NCBI GenBank assembly: GCA_902599105.1
Contig: CACKDY010000002.1
Location: forward strand, 38,717-102,716
DNA from: an uncultured Pelagibacteraceae bacterium
Lineage (GTDB): Bacteria > Pseudomonadota > Alphaproteobacteria > Pelagibacterales > Pelagibacteraceae
Length of the DNA stretch: 64,000 bases
Direction of reading: 5' to 3'
Positions 32,037 through 44,358 of the stretch are shown one piece after another (positions within the stretch are counted from its first letter, which is position 1; each line of letters begins with the position of its first letter). A program made the position numbers and the translations under genes. Under the pieces are notes generated by a model, which was given only the letters and a program-made list of their open reading frames with translations, made no database searches and had not been told where the DNA came from.

Positions 32037-34703
32037 TTAATTTAATTTTTTTTTAATTTCAGCTTGAGCGGCAGCCAACCTTGCAATAGGAACTCTATAA
32101 GGTGAACAAGAAACATAATTCAATCCTGCATTAGAACAAAATGATATACTATGAGGGTCTCCTCCATGCTCTCCACAAATACCTAGCTTTAGATTTTTGT
32201 TTTGTTTTCGTCCTTTTTCGACTGCTATTTCAACTAAATCTGAAACTCCTTCATCTATTGAAACAAAAGGATCAACAGAAAATATTTTGTTTTCTAAATA
32301 ATCATTTAAAAATTTACCACTATCATCTCTACTGATCCCAAAAGTAGTTTGAGTTAAATCATTTGTTCCAAAACTAAAGAATTCTGCATGCTTTGCTATC
32401 TCCTTTGCTTTTATTGCTGCTCTAGGTAATTCAATCATCGTTCCTACTAAAAACTCTATTTTCAATTTATTTTCTTGTTGAACATGACTAGCAGTTCTAA
32501 TTACTAATTCTTTCATTATTTTAATTTCAGTCTCTGTAGATACCAAAGGTATCATTATTTCAGGAAATGCAGATTTAATTTTATTTTTTTTTAGGTAAAC
32601 CAAAGCTTCAAATATTGCTTTGCATTGCATTTCATAAATTTCAGGAAAAGATATTCCCAGTCGACATCCTCTATGACCTAACATAGGATTTTGCTCGTGA
32701 AGCTCATCAATTCTTGACTCAACTTCTTTAATTGGGAGACTAACTATACTAGCAACCTCATTAATTTCCTTTTTTGTACGTGGTAAAAATTCATGTAATG
32801 GTGGGTCTAACAATCTTACTGTAACAGGTAATCCACTCATGATTTTAAAAATATCTATAAAATCTTTTCTTTGATGCGGTAACAGCTTTTGTAATGCTAT
32901 TGCTCTGTCTTCTTTTGTTTTAGATAATATCATTTCTCTTACAGATAAAATCCGTTCTTCATCAAAAAACATGTGTTCAGTTCTGCATAATCCAATACCC
33001 TCTGCACCAAAATCTTTTGCTGTTTTGGTATCTTTTGGAGTTTCAGAATTTGTTCTTACTTTTAATTTTCTAAAGCTATCTGCCCAAGACATTAACTTTG
33101 AAAAATCACCAGATATTTCAGGCTTCACAGTTGAAACACTTCCAGCGATAATTCTTCCAGTTGATCCATCAATAGTTATTACGTCTCCTTCTTTAATTTC
33201 AATTGAAGAAGTTTTAAAAGATTTATTTTCATAGTTTATATCAATTTCACTTGATCCTGATACACATGGCCTCCCCATACCTCTTGCTACTACAGCTGCA
33301 TGACTTGTCATTCCTCCTCTGGCAGTCAAAATTCCTTTAGCAGCATGCATTCCTTGTATATCTTCTGGAGAGGTCTCTACTCTAACCAAAATTGTATCTT
33401 GCATCATTGCAGTTAATCTTTCAGCCTCTTCTGATGTAAATACAACTTTACCACTGGCCGCACCTGGTGATGCTGGCAATCCATTTGCTATTATATTAAT
33501 TGTACTTTTTTCATCCAAAGTAGGGTGCAAAAGTGTGTCTAAAGAATTTGGGTCAATTCTTAATACAGCTTTCTTTTTAGAGATTAATTTTTCTTTAACC
33601 ATATCAACTGCGATCTTGACTGCTGATTTTGCTGTTCTTTTTCCTGATCTTGTTTGAAGCATCCATAGTTTACTATTTTCAACTGTAAACTCTACATCTT
33701 GCATATCTTTGTAATGCATCTCTAATTTTTTCAAAATTTTTTGAAGTTCTTTAAAAACTTTTGGCATAGATTCTTCCATTGATAATTCTTTTACTTTAGC
33801 GTCTCTCCTAGCTTTTTTTGTTATGTATTGAGGAGTCCTTGTACCCGCTACAACATCTTCGCCTTGAGCATTAATTAAATACTCACCATATATTTCATTT
33901 GATCCATCTGATGGATTTCTTGTAAACACAACTCCAGTTGCACAATCATCACCCATATTTCCAAAAACCATTGATTGAACATTTACTGCAGTTCCCCATT
34001 CAGCTGGAATTTGATTTAGTTTTCTGTAAACTTTTGCTCTGTTACTTTCCCACGATAAAAAAACTGCACTTATTGCTCCCAGCAATTGCTCATGAACATC
34101 TTGGGGAAACTCTTTTTTTGCCTTTTCTCTTACTATTCTTTTAAAATCTTCAATTAATCCATCCCAATCACTTTCATCTAAATCTGTATCTAACAAAACA
34201 CCTTTCGTAAGTTTATAATTTTCAATTAATTCCTCAAAATGATAACCTTCTACACCCATTACAACATTGCCGTACATTTGAATGAATCTTCTGTAACTGT
34301 CTTTGGCAAATCTTCCATTTGAAGTTTTAATTGATAAAGCTTTAACTGTTTTATCGTTCAGACCCAGATTTAGAATAGTATCCATCATACCTGGCATTGA
34401 TACTCTTGCACCAGACCGCACAGACAACAAAAGTGGATTTTTTAAGTCGCCAAATTTCTTAGAAACATCTTTTTCAATTAATTTTAATTCTTTTTTAATT
34501 TGAGAAATTAAATTTTTATTTAATTTTTTTTTATCCTTATAAAAAATTTCACAAACTTTTGTAGATATTGTAAAACCAGGAGGCACTGGAAGACCCATTC
34601 TTCCCATTTCAGAGAGATTAGCACCTTTTCCTCCTAAAAAGTTTTTAGGATTTTTAATTTTTTTACTATCCTTAGAATTAAAGTTTAATATAAGTTTTTT
34701 CAT
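32037..34703 (-). CDS. ppdK: Pyruvate, phosphate dikinase
   Basis: LGGKGANL, SVRSGA, GGMTSHAAVVARG, GTNDLTQ. Confidence 0.98.
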   Translation of the reverse strand: MKKLILNFNSKDSKKIKNPKNFLGGKGANLSEMGRMGLPVPPGFTISTKVCEIFYKDKKKLNKNLISQIKKELKLIEKDVSKKFGDLKNPLLLSVRSGARVSMPGMMDTILNLGLNDKTVKALSIKTSNGRFAKDSYRRFIQMYGNVVMGVEGYHFEELIENYKLTKGVLLDTDLDESDWDGLIEDFKRIVREKAKKEFPQDVHEQLLGAISAVFLSWESNRAKVYRKLNQIPAEWGTAVNVQSMVFGNMGDDCATGVVFTRNPSDGSNEIYGEYLINAQGEDVVAGTRTPQYITKKARRDAKVKELSMEESMPKVFKELQKILKKLEMHYKDMQDVEFTVENSKLWMLQTRSGKRTAKSAVKIAVDMVKEKLISKKKAVLRIDPNSLDTLLHPTLDEKSTINIIANGLPASPGAASGKVVFTSEEAERLTAMMQDTILVRVETSPEDIQGMHAAKGILTARGGMTSHAAVVARGMGRPCVSGSSEIDINYENKSFKTSSIEIKEGDVITIDGSTGRIIAGSVSTVKPEISGDFSKLMSWADSFRKLKVRTNSETPKDTKTAKDFGAEGIGLCRTEHMFFDEERILSVREMILSKTKEDRAIALQKLLPHQRKDFIDIFKIMSGLPVTVRLLDPPLHEFLPRTKKEINEVASIVSLPIKEVESRIDELHEQNPMLGHRGCRLGISFPEIYEMQCKAIFEALVYLKKNKIKSAFPEIMIPLVSTETEIKIMKELVIRTASHVQQENKLKIEFLVGTMIELPRAAIKAKEIAKHAEFFSFGTNDLTQTTFGISRDDSGKFLNDYLENKIFSVDPFVSIDEGVSDLVEIAVEKGRKQNKNLKLGICGEHGGDPHSISFCSNAGLNYVSCSPYRVPIARLAAAQAEIKKKLN

Positions 34704-36769
34704 TAATGGGATTCGATTAGAGAAAAATTAACATAATTGTTGAACGTTTTACACATCATTTGGATTAGTTCCAGCCTATTCTTCTTTACGACTGGATCAT
34801 CCTCGTTCACAATTACATTATCAAAAAAGTCAAAAACCTCTCTTTTAACACTAGCTAAATTGTCCAATGTTTGAACATAATTTTCATCTTTATTAATGCT
34901 TGAAAAATATTTCCTTAATTCACTAATTTTTTTAAATAGGTTTTTTTCTAACTCAGTTTTAAAAATACCAGGGTCAGTTGAATTTGATAATTCTATTTTT
35001 TTATTTTTTAATTCACCGTCTAAAATATTTGAGGCTCTTTTATAGCTCGCAATAATATCTAAACCATCTGGTTTGTTAATAATTTTATTTAAATGTTTAG
35101 CTTTATTAAAAATAATAACAGATTGATCTAAGTTAAAAGAACTAGTTGATGCTTGAATTATATCATTTCTAATATTTTCTTCCTTCATGTGATATTTTAA
35201 TCTATCCATTAAAAAATCTGATAACTCATTTTGTAAAGATTGATTTTCGATTTCAAAACCTTGATCTAAATACAGGCTTAAAGAATAATTAATTAAATCT
35301 TTTATTTTAAAATCTTGTTTATTTTCAATTATTATTCTTATTACTCCTAACGCTAATCTTCTTAGAGCATATGGATCTTTAGAACTTGTTGGCTTTTGAT
35401 TTAAACCAAAAAAACCAACTAAAGTGTCGATCTTATCAGCTAAAGAAAGGGCTATGCTAAATGGTTTTTTTGGGACCCTTGAGCCTGATCCTGTGGGTAA
35501 ATATTGCTCACTTATGGCCAAAGCCAAATCTTTATCAAAACCTTGTGCAATAGCAAAATAACCTCCCATCACACCTTGCAGTTCTGGGAATTCACCTACT
35601 AGCTCTGATAATAGATCAACTTTACAAATTGATGCTGATAATTCAACTTTTTCTTTACTGATTAAAAGTTCATCAGAAATCATGCCACCCAATTTTCTCA
35701 TTCTTTGAGCTTTATCAAAATAACTTCCTAATCCTTTAAAATAATTCATTGATTTTAATTCAGTAACTTTTTTGACAATATTTTGAGATTTATCTTTTTT
35801 CCAAAAAAATTCTGCATCACTTAATCTTGCTTCGACCACTCTTTCATTTCCTAATTTAATTAATCCCTTTTTATCTTTTTTATTTGCAACCACTAAAAAC
35901 TCGTTAGTAATATTTTCTTTATTATCAAATATAGGGAAATATTTTTGATGGTATTGCATGGTAATAATTATTATTTCTTTTGGAATATTCAAAAATTTCT
36001 TATCAAATTCACAAAGAAGGATATTTGGTTGATCTGTTAAATCTACAACCTCATTAAGCAATCTAGGACTATGTTGAATCTTAATATTTTTATTTTTTAA
36101 TATATTGTTGAATTTTTTTTCTATTAACTTTTTTCTTTCATTGTGATCAACAATAATGTCAATTTTTTTAAAAAAACTTTTATAGTTTTTAAATTCTAAG
36201 AATGACTTTTTATTTTCCTCAAATTCTTTATCAATAAAAGTTGAGTTAGAAGAAGTTAGATGATGAAAATTAAAATTTAATTTTTTTTTATCAAATACAG
36301 CTAGAATTGATTTTAACGGTCTCCCCCAATTTAAGTCAAAAGTTCCCCAATACATTGATTTTTTCCACTGAATTTTACTTAACAATATTGGGATAAATTC
36401 TTCTAGCAATTCATGTGTGTGCAATTTTTTTGATTTTGTCTTGAAAAAATAAAATTCTCCTCTATCAGTTTTCTTTTGGTAGAGATCCTTCTTTAATATA
36501 TTATTCGATCTAACAAACCCGTCTAATGCTACCTCTGGTGACTTGATATTTGGACCTTTAATCTCCTCAGATTTAAGTACAACATTTTTTTTAACACCTT
36601 CAAATAATACCACTAGTCTGTTAGGTGTTGAGTATGATGAGCTTTTTTTAAATAAAATTGATTTTTCCAAAAAAAAATCATTAAAACTTTTAAGTAAGTC
36701 TTCTCTTAAATTTTGTTGAAGATTTGAGGGTATTTCCTCACTAAATAATTCTAAAAAAAACTCTGACAT
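34703..36769 (-). CDS. glyS: Glycine-tRNA ligase beta subunit
   Basis: ELFSEEIP, HQKYF, GNERVVEARLSDA, EFPELQG, DPYALRR. Confidence 0.96.
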   Translation of the reverse strand: MSEFFLELFSEEIPSNLQQNLREDLLKSFNDFFLEKSILFKKSSSYSTPNRLVVLFEGVKKNVVLKSEEIKGPNIKSPEVALDGFVRSNNILKKDLYQKKTDRGEFYFFKTKSKKLHTHELLEEFIPILLSKIQWKKSMYWGTFDLNWGRPLKSILAVFDKKKLNFNFHHLTSSNSTFIDKEFEENKKSFLEFKNYKSFFKKIDIIVDHNERKKLIEKKFNNILKNKNIKIQHSPRLLNEVVDLTDQPNILLCEFDKKFLNIPKEIIIITMQYHQKYFPIFDNKENITNEFLVVANKKDKKGLIKLGNERVVEARLSDAEFFWKKDKSQNIVKKVTELKSMNYFKGLGSYFDKAQRMRKLGGMISDELLISKEKVELSASICKVDLLSELVGEFPELQGVMGGYFAIAQGFDKDLALAISEQYLPTGSGSRVPKKPFSIALSLADKIDTLVGFFGLNQKPTSSKDPYALRRLALGVIRIIIENKQDFKIKDLINYSLSLYLDQGFEIENQSLQNELSDFLMDRLKYHMKEENIRNDIIQASTSSFNLDQSVIIFNKAKHLNKIINKPDGLDIIASYKRASNILDGELKNKKIELSNSTDPGIFKTELEKNLFKKISELRKYFSSINKDENYVQTLDNLASVKREVFDFFDNVIVNEDDPVVKKNRLELIQMMCKTFNNYVNFSLIESH

Positions 36770-37650
36770 TATTTTTGACTATCTAACCAAACTCCTGCTG
36801 CAGATTTTGTAATGTATCTTATTCTAGCAATATAACCTGCTCTTTGTGCGACGCTGATTGCGCCTCTTGCATCTAAAATATTAAATACATGACTAGCTTT
36901 TAAACATTGATCATATGCTGGTAAAGAAATTTTTTTTTCTACCAAATCTTTTGCCTCGGACTCATGCATTTCAAACATTTTAAAAAGTGTTTCTACATTC
37001 GCATGTTCAAAATTGTATGCTGAAAATTCTTTTTCGGCTTGATGAAATACTTCGTAATATTTTACACCTTCATCATTCCATAATAAATCATAAACATTTT
37101 TTTCTTTTTGAGTAAACATACAAATTCTTTCTAAACCATAAGTGATTTCAACTGATACAGGTTTACAATTAAATCCAGCCATTTGTTGAAAATAGGTGAA
37201 TTGAGTAATTTCCATTCCATCACACCATACTTCCCATCCCAATCCTGCAGCACCTAATGTTGGACTTTCCCAATCATCTTCAACAAACCTTATATCATGA
37301 TCGTTATGATCTATTCCTATAGTAGATAAACTATTTAGATAAAGTTTTTTTATATTTTCAGGGGAAGGTTTAATTAAAACCTGAAATTGATAATAGTGTT
37401 GTAACCTGTTTGGATTATTGCCATATCTTCCATCTGTAGGTCTTCTTGATGGTTGCACATAAGCTGCTTTCCATGGTTTAGTTCCAAGTGATCTTAGTGT
37501 TGTTGCTGGATGAAAAGTTCCTGCACCGACCTCCATATCGTAAGGCTGAAGAATAATGCATCCTTTTTTGCTCCAAAATTTTTGAAGATTTAAAATTGTT
37601 TCTTGAAATGTTTGAATTTTTTTTTTTTCTTTTTTTACTTTAGTAACCAT
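36769..37650 (-). CDS. glyQ: Glycine-tRNA ligase alpha subunit
   Basis: [32 protein letters not shown]; start set at ATG 37650. Confidence 0.97.
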   Translation of the reverse strand: MVTKVKKEKKKIQTFQETILNLQKFWSKKGCIILQPYDMEVGAGTFHPATTLRSLGTKPWKAAYVQPSRRPTDGRYGNNPNRLQHYYQFQVLIKPSPENIKKLYLNSLSTIGIDHNDHDIRFVEDDWESPTLGAAGLGWEVWCDGMEITQFTYFQQMAGFNCKPVSVEITYGLERICMFTQKEKNVYDLLWNDEGVKYYEVFHQAEKEFSAYNFEHANVETLFKMFEMHESEAKDLVEKKISLPAYDQCLKASHVFNILDARGAISVAQRAGYIARIRYITKSAAGVWLDSQK

Positions 37651-38446
37651 ATCTTTGCCAAATTGATCTTTCATCTAAAATACCTGCTATTTGATCTAAT
37701 TGATTAGTAGATGAAGAAAGTTTTTGACTTAACCATCCCTTTGATTTCTCAAATTTTTTAATAGTTACGTCCTCACCAAATTTTTCTTTTAATATTTCAT
37801 GTGCGTTTCCTATTCCATCAATCAACCCTAAATTTTTTGCTTTAGTTCCTGACCAAAACTCACCTGAAAAAAGCTCAACTTCAGATTTATTTAATTTTGA
37901 TCCTCTACTTTTTTCAACAACATCTATAAAATCTTTATGAAGATCTAATTGAATATTTTTTAATCTTTCAATGTCTTCATTTTTTTCCTCTAAAAATGGA
38001 TCAAGTGTACTTTTATTTTTACCAGCAGTATGCACTCTTCTTTCAACTCCAATTTTTTTTATCAACTCAGTAAATCCAAAAGAGGAGTATATGACTCCTA
38101 TAGATCCAATTATTGAACTTGAATTTGCATAAATTTCGTCTCCAGAACAAGAAATCAAATATCCTCCTGAAGCCGCAACATCCTCAGCAAATACAATGAC
38201 TTTTTTTTTGTGTTTTTTTGCTTGTTGTCTAATAAAACTGTAGATTAAATGAGATTGAACTGGTGATCCTCCTGGGGAATTGATTGATATAGCAACACAT
38301 GCCGATTTTTTTAGAGAAAAAGCCTTTTTAATTAGCTCTTCTTGACCTGCAAAATCGATACCCTGTTTAAATTTTCCAGCATTACCAATAACTCCACTTA
38401 ATTTTAAGTGGGCAACAATTTTTTTCTTTTTAAAAAAAGAGAACAT
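37640..38446 (-). CDS. S49 family peptidase (SppA-like)
   Basis: [22 protein letters not shown]. Confidence 0.92.
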   Translation of the reverse strand: MFSFFKKKKIVAHLKLSGVIGNAGKFKQGIDFAGQEELIKKAFSLKKSACVAISINSPGGSPVQSHLIYSFIRQQAKKHKKKVIVFAEDVAASGGYLISCSGDEIYANSSSIIGSIGVIYSSFGFTELIKKIGVERRVHTAGKNKSTLDPFLEEKNEDIERLKNIQLDLHKDFIDVVEKSRGSKLNKSEVELFSGEFWSGTKAKNLGLIDGIGNAHEILKEKFGEDVTIKKFEKSKGWLSQKLSSSTNQLDQIAGILDERSIWQRYGY

Positions 38447-38561
38447 AGGTATGTCTTATAGAATTATTTATTGAATATAAAGACTACTTATAATTGAAGA
38501 AACTGGTGCGTCAATTGATAAGTAATATAAATAAACAAATTATATTAATTTAAAAAATGTT

Positions 38562-39575
38562 ATGGGAACAGTCGTACAGCTCAAAAATAAGATAAATGAT
38601 TCATATTTTCAGCTCAAAGACTCAGTTGAAGAAAAACTCATTTTGACTGAGGAAAAAATAAAATCAAAATTATCTAGCGAAGTACAGCTAGTTCAAAAAA
38701 TGACAGATTATCACATAGAAACTGGAGGAAAAAGACTAAGAGCTTTATTGACCTTAGGTAGTGCAAAATTATGCGGTTACTCAAAAGGATCTAGAGATAT
38801 AAATTTAGCTGCATGTGTTGAATTAATTCACAGCGCAACATTGATGCATGATGATGTAATTGATGAAGGCACTGTTAGAAGAGGAAAAGAAACTTTAAAT
38901 AAAGTTTGGGATAATCATTCCTCAGTATTAATAGGAGATTATTTATTAAGTAGATGTTTTGAGATGATGGTAGACGACGGAAACTTAGAAGTTTTAAAAT
39001 TATTATCATCGACATCATCTAAAATAGCTCAAGGTGAAGTTCTGCAACTTCAACATAAAGGTGAAGTTGATATGCTGGAAGAAACATATTTAAAAATAAT
39101 CTCAGCTAAAACCGCTGAGTTATTTGCAGCAGCAACTAAAGTTGGTGCAATTTTATCTGGTGTAGAAAATAAAGAAAAAGATGCTTTAGAATTTTATGGA
39201 AGAAACTTGGGATTAACTTTTCAAATAGCAGATGACACACTGGATTATAATGCTGAGCTCAAACTTTTTGGTAAAAAAATTGGTCAAGATTTTTTTGAAG
39301 GAAAAATTACTTTACCAATAATATTACTTTTTCAAAAATTAAATAATGATGAAAAGAAACTTTTATCAAATATGTTTAAAAAAGAGTTAAGAACAAAAGA
39401 TGACTTTAATGAAATTATTGCTCTTATAAATAGGTATAAAATAATTAAGGAATGCTATCAAAAAGCACAGCACTATATAAATTTAGCCTCAAATTCTCTA
39501 AGTGTATTTAAAGACTCTGAAGAAAAAATTATTCTTAAAAGATTAACATCATTTAGTTTATCAAGAAATTTTTAA
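38562..39575 (+). CDS. ispB: Long-chain polyprenyl diphosphate synthase
   Basis: GGKRLR, HDDVID, FQIADD. Confidence 0.9.
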   Translation: MGTVVQLKNKINDSYFQLKDSVEEKLILTEEKIKSKLSSEVQLVQKMTDYHIETGGKRLRALLTLGSAKLCGYSKGSRDINLAACVELIHSATLMHDDVIDEGTVRRGKETLNKVWDNHSSVLIGDYLLSRCFEMMVDDGNLEVLKLLSSTSSKIAQGEVLQLQHKGEVDMLEETYLKIISAKTAELFAAATKVGAILSGVENKEKDALEFYGRNLGLTFQIADDTLDYNAELKLFGKKIGQDFFEGKITLPIILLFQKLNNDEKKLLSNMFKKELRTKDDFNEIIALINRYKIIKECYQKAQHYINLASNSLSVFKDSEEKIILKRLTSFSLSRNF

Positions 39576-40198
39576 GGACTTAATAAAGACTTTTTCCACT
39601 TCCCGGAATTATCTTTATTATATTTTAATCTCTCGTGGATTCTGTTCTCACCATCTAACCAAAATTCAATAGTATCTGGAGATAAAATCCAACCAGACCA
39701 GTGACTTGGTCTTGGTACATTTGATTTGTTGCTATATTTTTTTTTATAATTTTCTATAGATTTTAACAATTGTTGTCGCGAATTTAATTCTTCACTTTGC
39801 TTAGAGGCCCATGCTCCTATCCGGCTTTCATACGCTCTAGATGAATAATATTCATCTGCAACCTGATCAGAAACTAATGACACCTTTCCATTAATTCTTA
39901 TTTGTCTTAGGAGACTTTTCCAATGGAAACACATCGCAGCATATGGATTTTCTTTTAATTCATTTCCTTTTTGACTATTTAAATTTGTATAAAATACAAA
40001 TCCATTCTTGTTGAAATCTTTAAGTAAAACCATTCTTACTGAAGGAATATTTTTTTTATTTGACGTGGCCAAAGCAACAGCGTTTGGATCATTTGGCTCA
40101 GTTTTCTTTGCTTCCTCCATCCATTCATGAAATAATTGAATTGGATCATCTATATCAAGAAAGCAACTATTAAGACCTAAAGAGTTTTTTTGATTCAT
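39572..40198 (-). CDS. pdxH: Pyridoxamine 5'-phosphate oxidase
   Basis: RMVLLK, FYTN..S.K, GAWASKQS, EFW....NRIHER. Confidence 0.96.
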   Translation of the reverse strand: MNQKNSLGLNSCFLDIDDPIQLFHEWMEEAKKTEPNDPNAVALATSNKKNIPSVRMVLLKDFNKNGFVFYTNLNSQKGNELKENPYAAMCFHWKSLLRQIRINGKVSLVSDQVADEYYSSRAYESRIGAWASKQSEELNSRQQLLKSIENYKKKYSNKSNVPRPSHWSGWILSPDTIEFWLDGENRIHERLKYNKDNSGKWKKSLLSP

Positions 40199-40231
40199 AA
40201 TTTAAACAAAATAATCTATATAATATAAATA

Positions 40232-41314
40232 ATGTCATTTAATACTTTTGGAAAGCTATTTCGTTTCACAACTTGGGGAGAGTCTCATGGGCCTGCAATT
40301 GGTTGTATTGTTGATGGTTGTCCTCCAAACATAAATCTTAAAGAGCAAGATATTCAAATAGAATTAGACAAAAGAAAACCAGGACAATCTAAATTTACAA
40401 CTCAGCGAAAAGAGGATGACAAAGTTCAAATATTGTCAGGAGTATTTGAGGGAAAAACTACAGGAACACCCATTTCACTTATAATCTACAATAAAGATAT
40501 GAGATCCAAAGATTATAGTAACATCAAAGATAAGTTTAGGCCAGGTCATGCGGATTTTACTTATTTTAAAAAATATGGAATTAGAGACTATAGAGGTGGT
40601 GGTAGATCTTCTGCTAGAGAAACTGCAGCAAGAGTTGCAGCCGGTGCAATAGCAAAAGTTGTACTTCAAAAAAAATTAGGTAAAAAATTTAAAGTAATTG
40701 GTGCAGTAACTCAGCTAGGAATTCTTGGATGTGATACAAATCAATGGAATGATAAAGTAATTCCAAAAAATCCATTTTTTTGTCCAGATAAATCAATGAT
40801 AAAATTGTGGGAAAAATATTTGCTTGGTGTGAGAAAATCAGGATCCTCATGTGGAGCAGTGATTGAAATAAGAGCAAGAGGTATCCCAGTTGGTTTAGGT
40901 GCTCCAATTTACTCAAAATTAGATACCGACATAGCTTCAGGTCTAATGAGTATTAATGCAGTTAAGGGTGTAAATATTGGTGCAGGAATGAACTCAGCAC
41001 AATTAAGTGGAGAACAAAATTCAGATGAAATTTCTTCAAAAGGAAATAAATTAAAATTCAATTCAAATAAAGCGGGTGGAATTCTTGGTGGAATTTCAAC
41101 GGGCCAAGAAATTATTGCATCTTTTGCTGTCAAACCAACATCCTCAATTTTAACTAGTAGAAAAACTATAAATAAATTTGGGAAAAATACCTCAATATCT
41201 GTTAAAGGTAGACATGATCCTTGTGTTGGAATTAGAGCTGTACCAATTGGTGAAGCTATGATGAACTGTGTTTTACTTGACCACTACTTAATGAATAAAG
41301 CACAGTGTAGTTAG
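40232..41314 (+). CDS. aroC: Chorismate synthase
   Basis: [26 protein letters not shown]. Confidence 0.98.
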   Translation: MSFNTFGKLFRFTTWGESHGPAIGCIVDGCPPNINLKEQDIQIELDKRKPGQSKFTTQRKEDDKVQILSGVFEGKTTGTPISLIIYNKDMRSKDYSNIKDKFRPGHADFTYFKKYGIRDYRGGGRSSARETAARVAAGAIAKVVLQKKLGKKFKVIGAVTQLGILGCDTNQWNDKVIPKNPFFCPDKSMIKLWEKYLLGVRKSGSSCGAVIEIRARGIPVGLGAPIYSKLDTDIASGLMSINAVKGVNIGAGMNSAQLSGEQNSDEISSKGNKLKFNSNKAGGILGGISTGQEIIASFAVKPTSSILTSRKTINKFGKNTSISVKGRHDPCVGIRAVPIGEAMMNCVLLDHYLMNKAQCS

Positions 41315-41320
41315 CTTAAA

Positions 41321-43237
41321 TTAATTTTTCACAACTCTTATTTTTTCCTTTTGAAACAAAATATCAGCAATTTTCTTAGAAATTTGAGAACTGTTTAATC
41401 CAGCTTTATCGTACATTTTTTTTGGATCATCTTGTTCAATAAATTCATCTGGTAAAGTCATTGATCTAAATTTTAAACCTTTGTCAAATACTCCTCTTTC
41501 AGCTAATAAATTTTTAACATGAGAGCCGAAACCACCTATTGATCCTTCTTCAACAGTTATCATAAGCTCATGTTCCTTAGCAGATTTTAGTATAAGTTCT
41601 TCGTCTAAAGGCTTAGCAAATCTGGCATCTATCAAAGTTGTTGAAACTCCTTTTGCTTTTAATTCCTCTGCAGCTAACTTGCACTCTTCAAGTCGAGTAC
41701 CAAGGTTTAAAACACAAACTTGAGAGCCTTGTTGAACAACTCTCCCTTTACCAATTTCAATTTTTTCCTCTATTGATGGGAGATCAACACCTACTCCAGT
41801 TCCTCTTGGATATCTAATTGCGGAGGGTCTATCATTTATATCTACTGAAGTATTAATCATTTTAACTAGTTCAGCTTCATCACTTGCTGCCATTACTATA
41901 AAGTTAGGCAAAGTTGATAAGTAAGTTATATCAAATGAACCAGCATGTGTTGAGCCATCAGCACCAACTAATCCTGCTCTATCTATCGCAAATCTAACCG
42001 GTAAACTTTGGATGGCAACATCATGGACAACTTGATCATATGCTCTCTGTAAAAATGTAGAATAAATTGCAGCATATGGTTTGTATCCTTCGGTTGCTAG
42101 ACCGGCTGCAAAAGTTACAGCATGTTGTTCTGCTATTCCTACATCAAACATTCTATTTGGAAACTCCTTGCCAAAAATATCCATGCCAGTACCTCCTGGC
42201 ATCGCTGCTGTTATTCCTACTATTTTGCTATCTTTTTTGGCATGTTTAACTAACGTGTTTGCAAATACTTTTGTATAAGCTGGAAGGTTTGATTTGCTCT
42301 TTACTTGTTCGCCAGTATCAACATTAAATTTTGACACTCCATGATAATGATCATTTGCTTTTTCTGCATAAGAATAACCTTTTCCTTTTTGAGTTTTGAC
42401 ATGAATCATTATCGGACCCTCATGTCTTGACTCTTTTGCGTTTTTTAAAATTGGAACTAGGCTTGATAAATCATGACCATCTATAGGACCTGCATAATAA
42501 AAACCAAGTGAACTAAACAATGTACCTCCAGTAACTGCTGAACGGAAAAAATCCTCTGCTTTTCCTGCTTTAGCGCTAAATCTTTTTGAAAATGCAGATG
42601 TAATTAACTTTAAGGTTTCTCTAAGACTAAAATATATTTTACCAGTAAATAATTTTGCCAAATAAGTTCTCATTGCTCCAACTGGTTTTGCAATTGACAT
42701 GTCGTTATCATTTAAAATAACAATCATTTTTGTCTTAGATGCTCCAGCATTATTCATGGCTTCATAAGCCATACCTGCGCTAATTGCTCCATCACCTATT
42801 ACAGCTATTACATTGGAAGACTTATTTTCTAATTTATTTGCCTCTGCAATTCCTAACGCAGATGAAATAGATGTTGAACTATGTGCTGCTCCAAATGGGT
42901 CATACTCACTTTCAGATCTTTTTGTAAAACCTGATAAACCATCGCCCTGTCGTAAAGTTCTAATTTTATCTTTTCTTCCAGTTAAAATTTTATGTGGGTA
43001 AGATTGATGGCCAACATCCCATATTAATTTATCATTTGGGGTATCAAAAACATAATGAAGTGCAACTGTCAATTCAACAACTCCCAAACCAGCACCAAGG
43101 TGACCTCCTGTTTCTGAAACAGCACTTATCATTTCCTCCCTCACCTCATCTGCTACTTTTTGTAAATTATTTTCAGAAACTTTTCTTAAATCAGATGGAA
43201 AATTGATATTATTTAAAAATTGATAATTTTTTTTCAT
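41321..43237 (-). CDS. dxs: 1-deoxy-D-xylulose-5-phosphate synthase
   Basis: [28 protein letters not shown]. Confidence 0.97.
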   Translation of the reverse strand: MKKNYQFLNNINFPSDLRKVSENNLQKVADEVREEMISAVSETGGHLGAGLGVVELTVALHYVFDTPNDKLIWDVGHQSYPHKILTGRKDKIRTLRQGDGLSGFTKRSESEYDPFGAAHSSTSISSALGIAEANKLENKSSNVIAVIGDGAISAGMAYEAMNNAGASKTKMIVILNDNDMSIAKPVGAMRTYLAKLFTGKIYFSLRETLKLITSAFSKRFSAKAGKAEDFFRSAVTGGTLFSSLGFYYAGPIDGHDLSSLVPILKNAKESRHEGPIMIHVKTQKGKGYSYAEKANDHYHGVSKFNVDTGEQVKSKSNLPAYTKVFANTLVKHAKKDSKIVGITAAMPGGTGMDIFGKEFPNRMFDVGIAEQHAVTFAAGLATEGYKPYAAIYSTFLQRAYDQVVHDVAIQSLPVRFAIDRAGLVGADGSTHAGSFDITYLSTLPNFIVMAASDEAELVKMINTSVDINDRPSAIRYPRGTGVGVDLPSIEEKIEIGKGRVVQQGSQVCVLNLGTRLEECKLAAEELKAKGVSTTLIDARFAKPLDEELILKSAKEHELMITVEEGSIGGFGSHVKNLLAERGVFDKGLKFRSMTLPDEFIEQDDPKKMYDKAGLNSSQISKKIADILFQKEKIRVVKN

Positions 43238-44106
43238 TTTTTTCTATTCAGTATATAGCCTAATGTTTCATTTATTTTTTCAGATTTTGAACCATATTTT
43301 CTTAAATTCTTATTAATATCTTTTATTATCTTATCACAATACTTAAGTGAGTCATCATAGCCTATTAAATTTATAAGTGTTGCCTTGCCTTTTTTTTGAT
43401 CTTTTCCTGTTTTTTTCCCAGCTTCCTTAGAATTACTTTTCAGATCAATTAAATCATCAGCTATTTGGAATAATAAACCAATTTTTGATCCAATATTTTC
43501 AAAAAATTTAGTTTCTTGGATTGTTTTTTTCTTAATTATTGCTGGAGCTGCACAACAAAAACTAAATAACATTCCAGTTTTTTTTATTTCCATTTCTAAT
43601 ATTTTATTCTTTGATATTTTCTTTCTCTCATAACTTAAATCTAAATATTGCCCACCAGCTATTCCTAGATGTCCTGAACATTCTGATAATTTTTTGATTA
43701 GGTTGATCTTTATCTTTTCATTTAATTTCAATTTAGGACTTGATAAAATTTCAAAAGCTAAAGTCAGTAATGAATTTCCTGCTAGAACTGCTGTGGACTC
43801 ACCAAATTTAATGTGAGCTGAAGGTTTTCCTCTTCTTATATCATCATCATCCATGCAGGGTAGATCGTCATGAATAAGTGAATAAGCATGAATACATTCA
43901 ACAGCTGACCCAACTATTATCAATGTTTTATAATCAATTGAAAATAATGAACCTAAGTCAATTAAGATTTTAGATCTTATTTTTTTTCCACCTGGAAATA
44001 AACCATACTTCATGGGTGACATTAACTGAGAATATTTCTGTGAATTAATATATTTTTTTAGAAATATATTTGTATCTTTGGCTATTTTATTAAGCTGTTT
44101 TTTCAT
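43234..44106 (-). CDS. ispA: Farnesyl diphosphate synthase
   Basis: [20 protein letters not shown]; xseB-ispA-dxs synteny. Confidence 0.93.
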   Translation of the reverse strand: MKKQLNKIAKDTNIFLKKYINSQKYSQLMSPMKYGLFPGGKKIRSKILIDLGSLFSIDYKTLIIVGSAVECIHAYSLIHDDLPCMDDDDIRRGKPSAHIKFGESTAVLAGNSLLTLAFEILSSPKLKLNEKIKINLIKKLSECSGHLGIAGGQYLDLSYERKKISKNKILEMEIKKTGMLFSFCCAAPAIIKKKTIQETKFFENIGSKIGLLFQIADDLIDLKSNSKEAGKKTGKDQKKGKATLINLIGYDDSLKYCDKIIKDINKNLRKYGSKSEKINETLGYILNRKK

Positions 44107-44338
44107 TTTTTTTAGTTATCTCTTTAATCTTTTTATTTGTCTCTTCTCCGATAGATTTAAAATTTTTATGAAATTTCTTTTCAATAATATTATTTAATTT
44201 TAGAAGTTCTTGATAACTGTCAACTGAATTATTTAAATCGTCTTCCTTCTCTAGAGTTTCTATAATCTTATTTGCTTTTTCTGTAAGCTCCTCAACTGAG
44301 TACTGATCATAATCAAGTGGTAATATTTTATCTTTCAT
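44090..44338 (-). CDS. xseB: Divergent exodeoxyribonuclease VII small subunit-like protein
   Basis: Helical SVEE...IIETLE..DDLNNSVDSY pattern; canonical position upstream of ispA. Confidence 0.6.
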   Translation of the reverse strand: MKDKILPLDYDQYSVEELTEKANKIIETLEKEDDLNNSVDSYQELLKLNNIIEKKFHKNFKSIGEETNKKIKEITKKNEKTA

Positions 44339-44358
44339 ATAATAATAATTATTAATAC

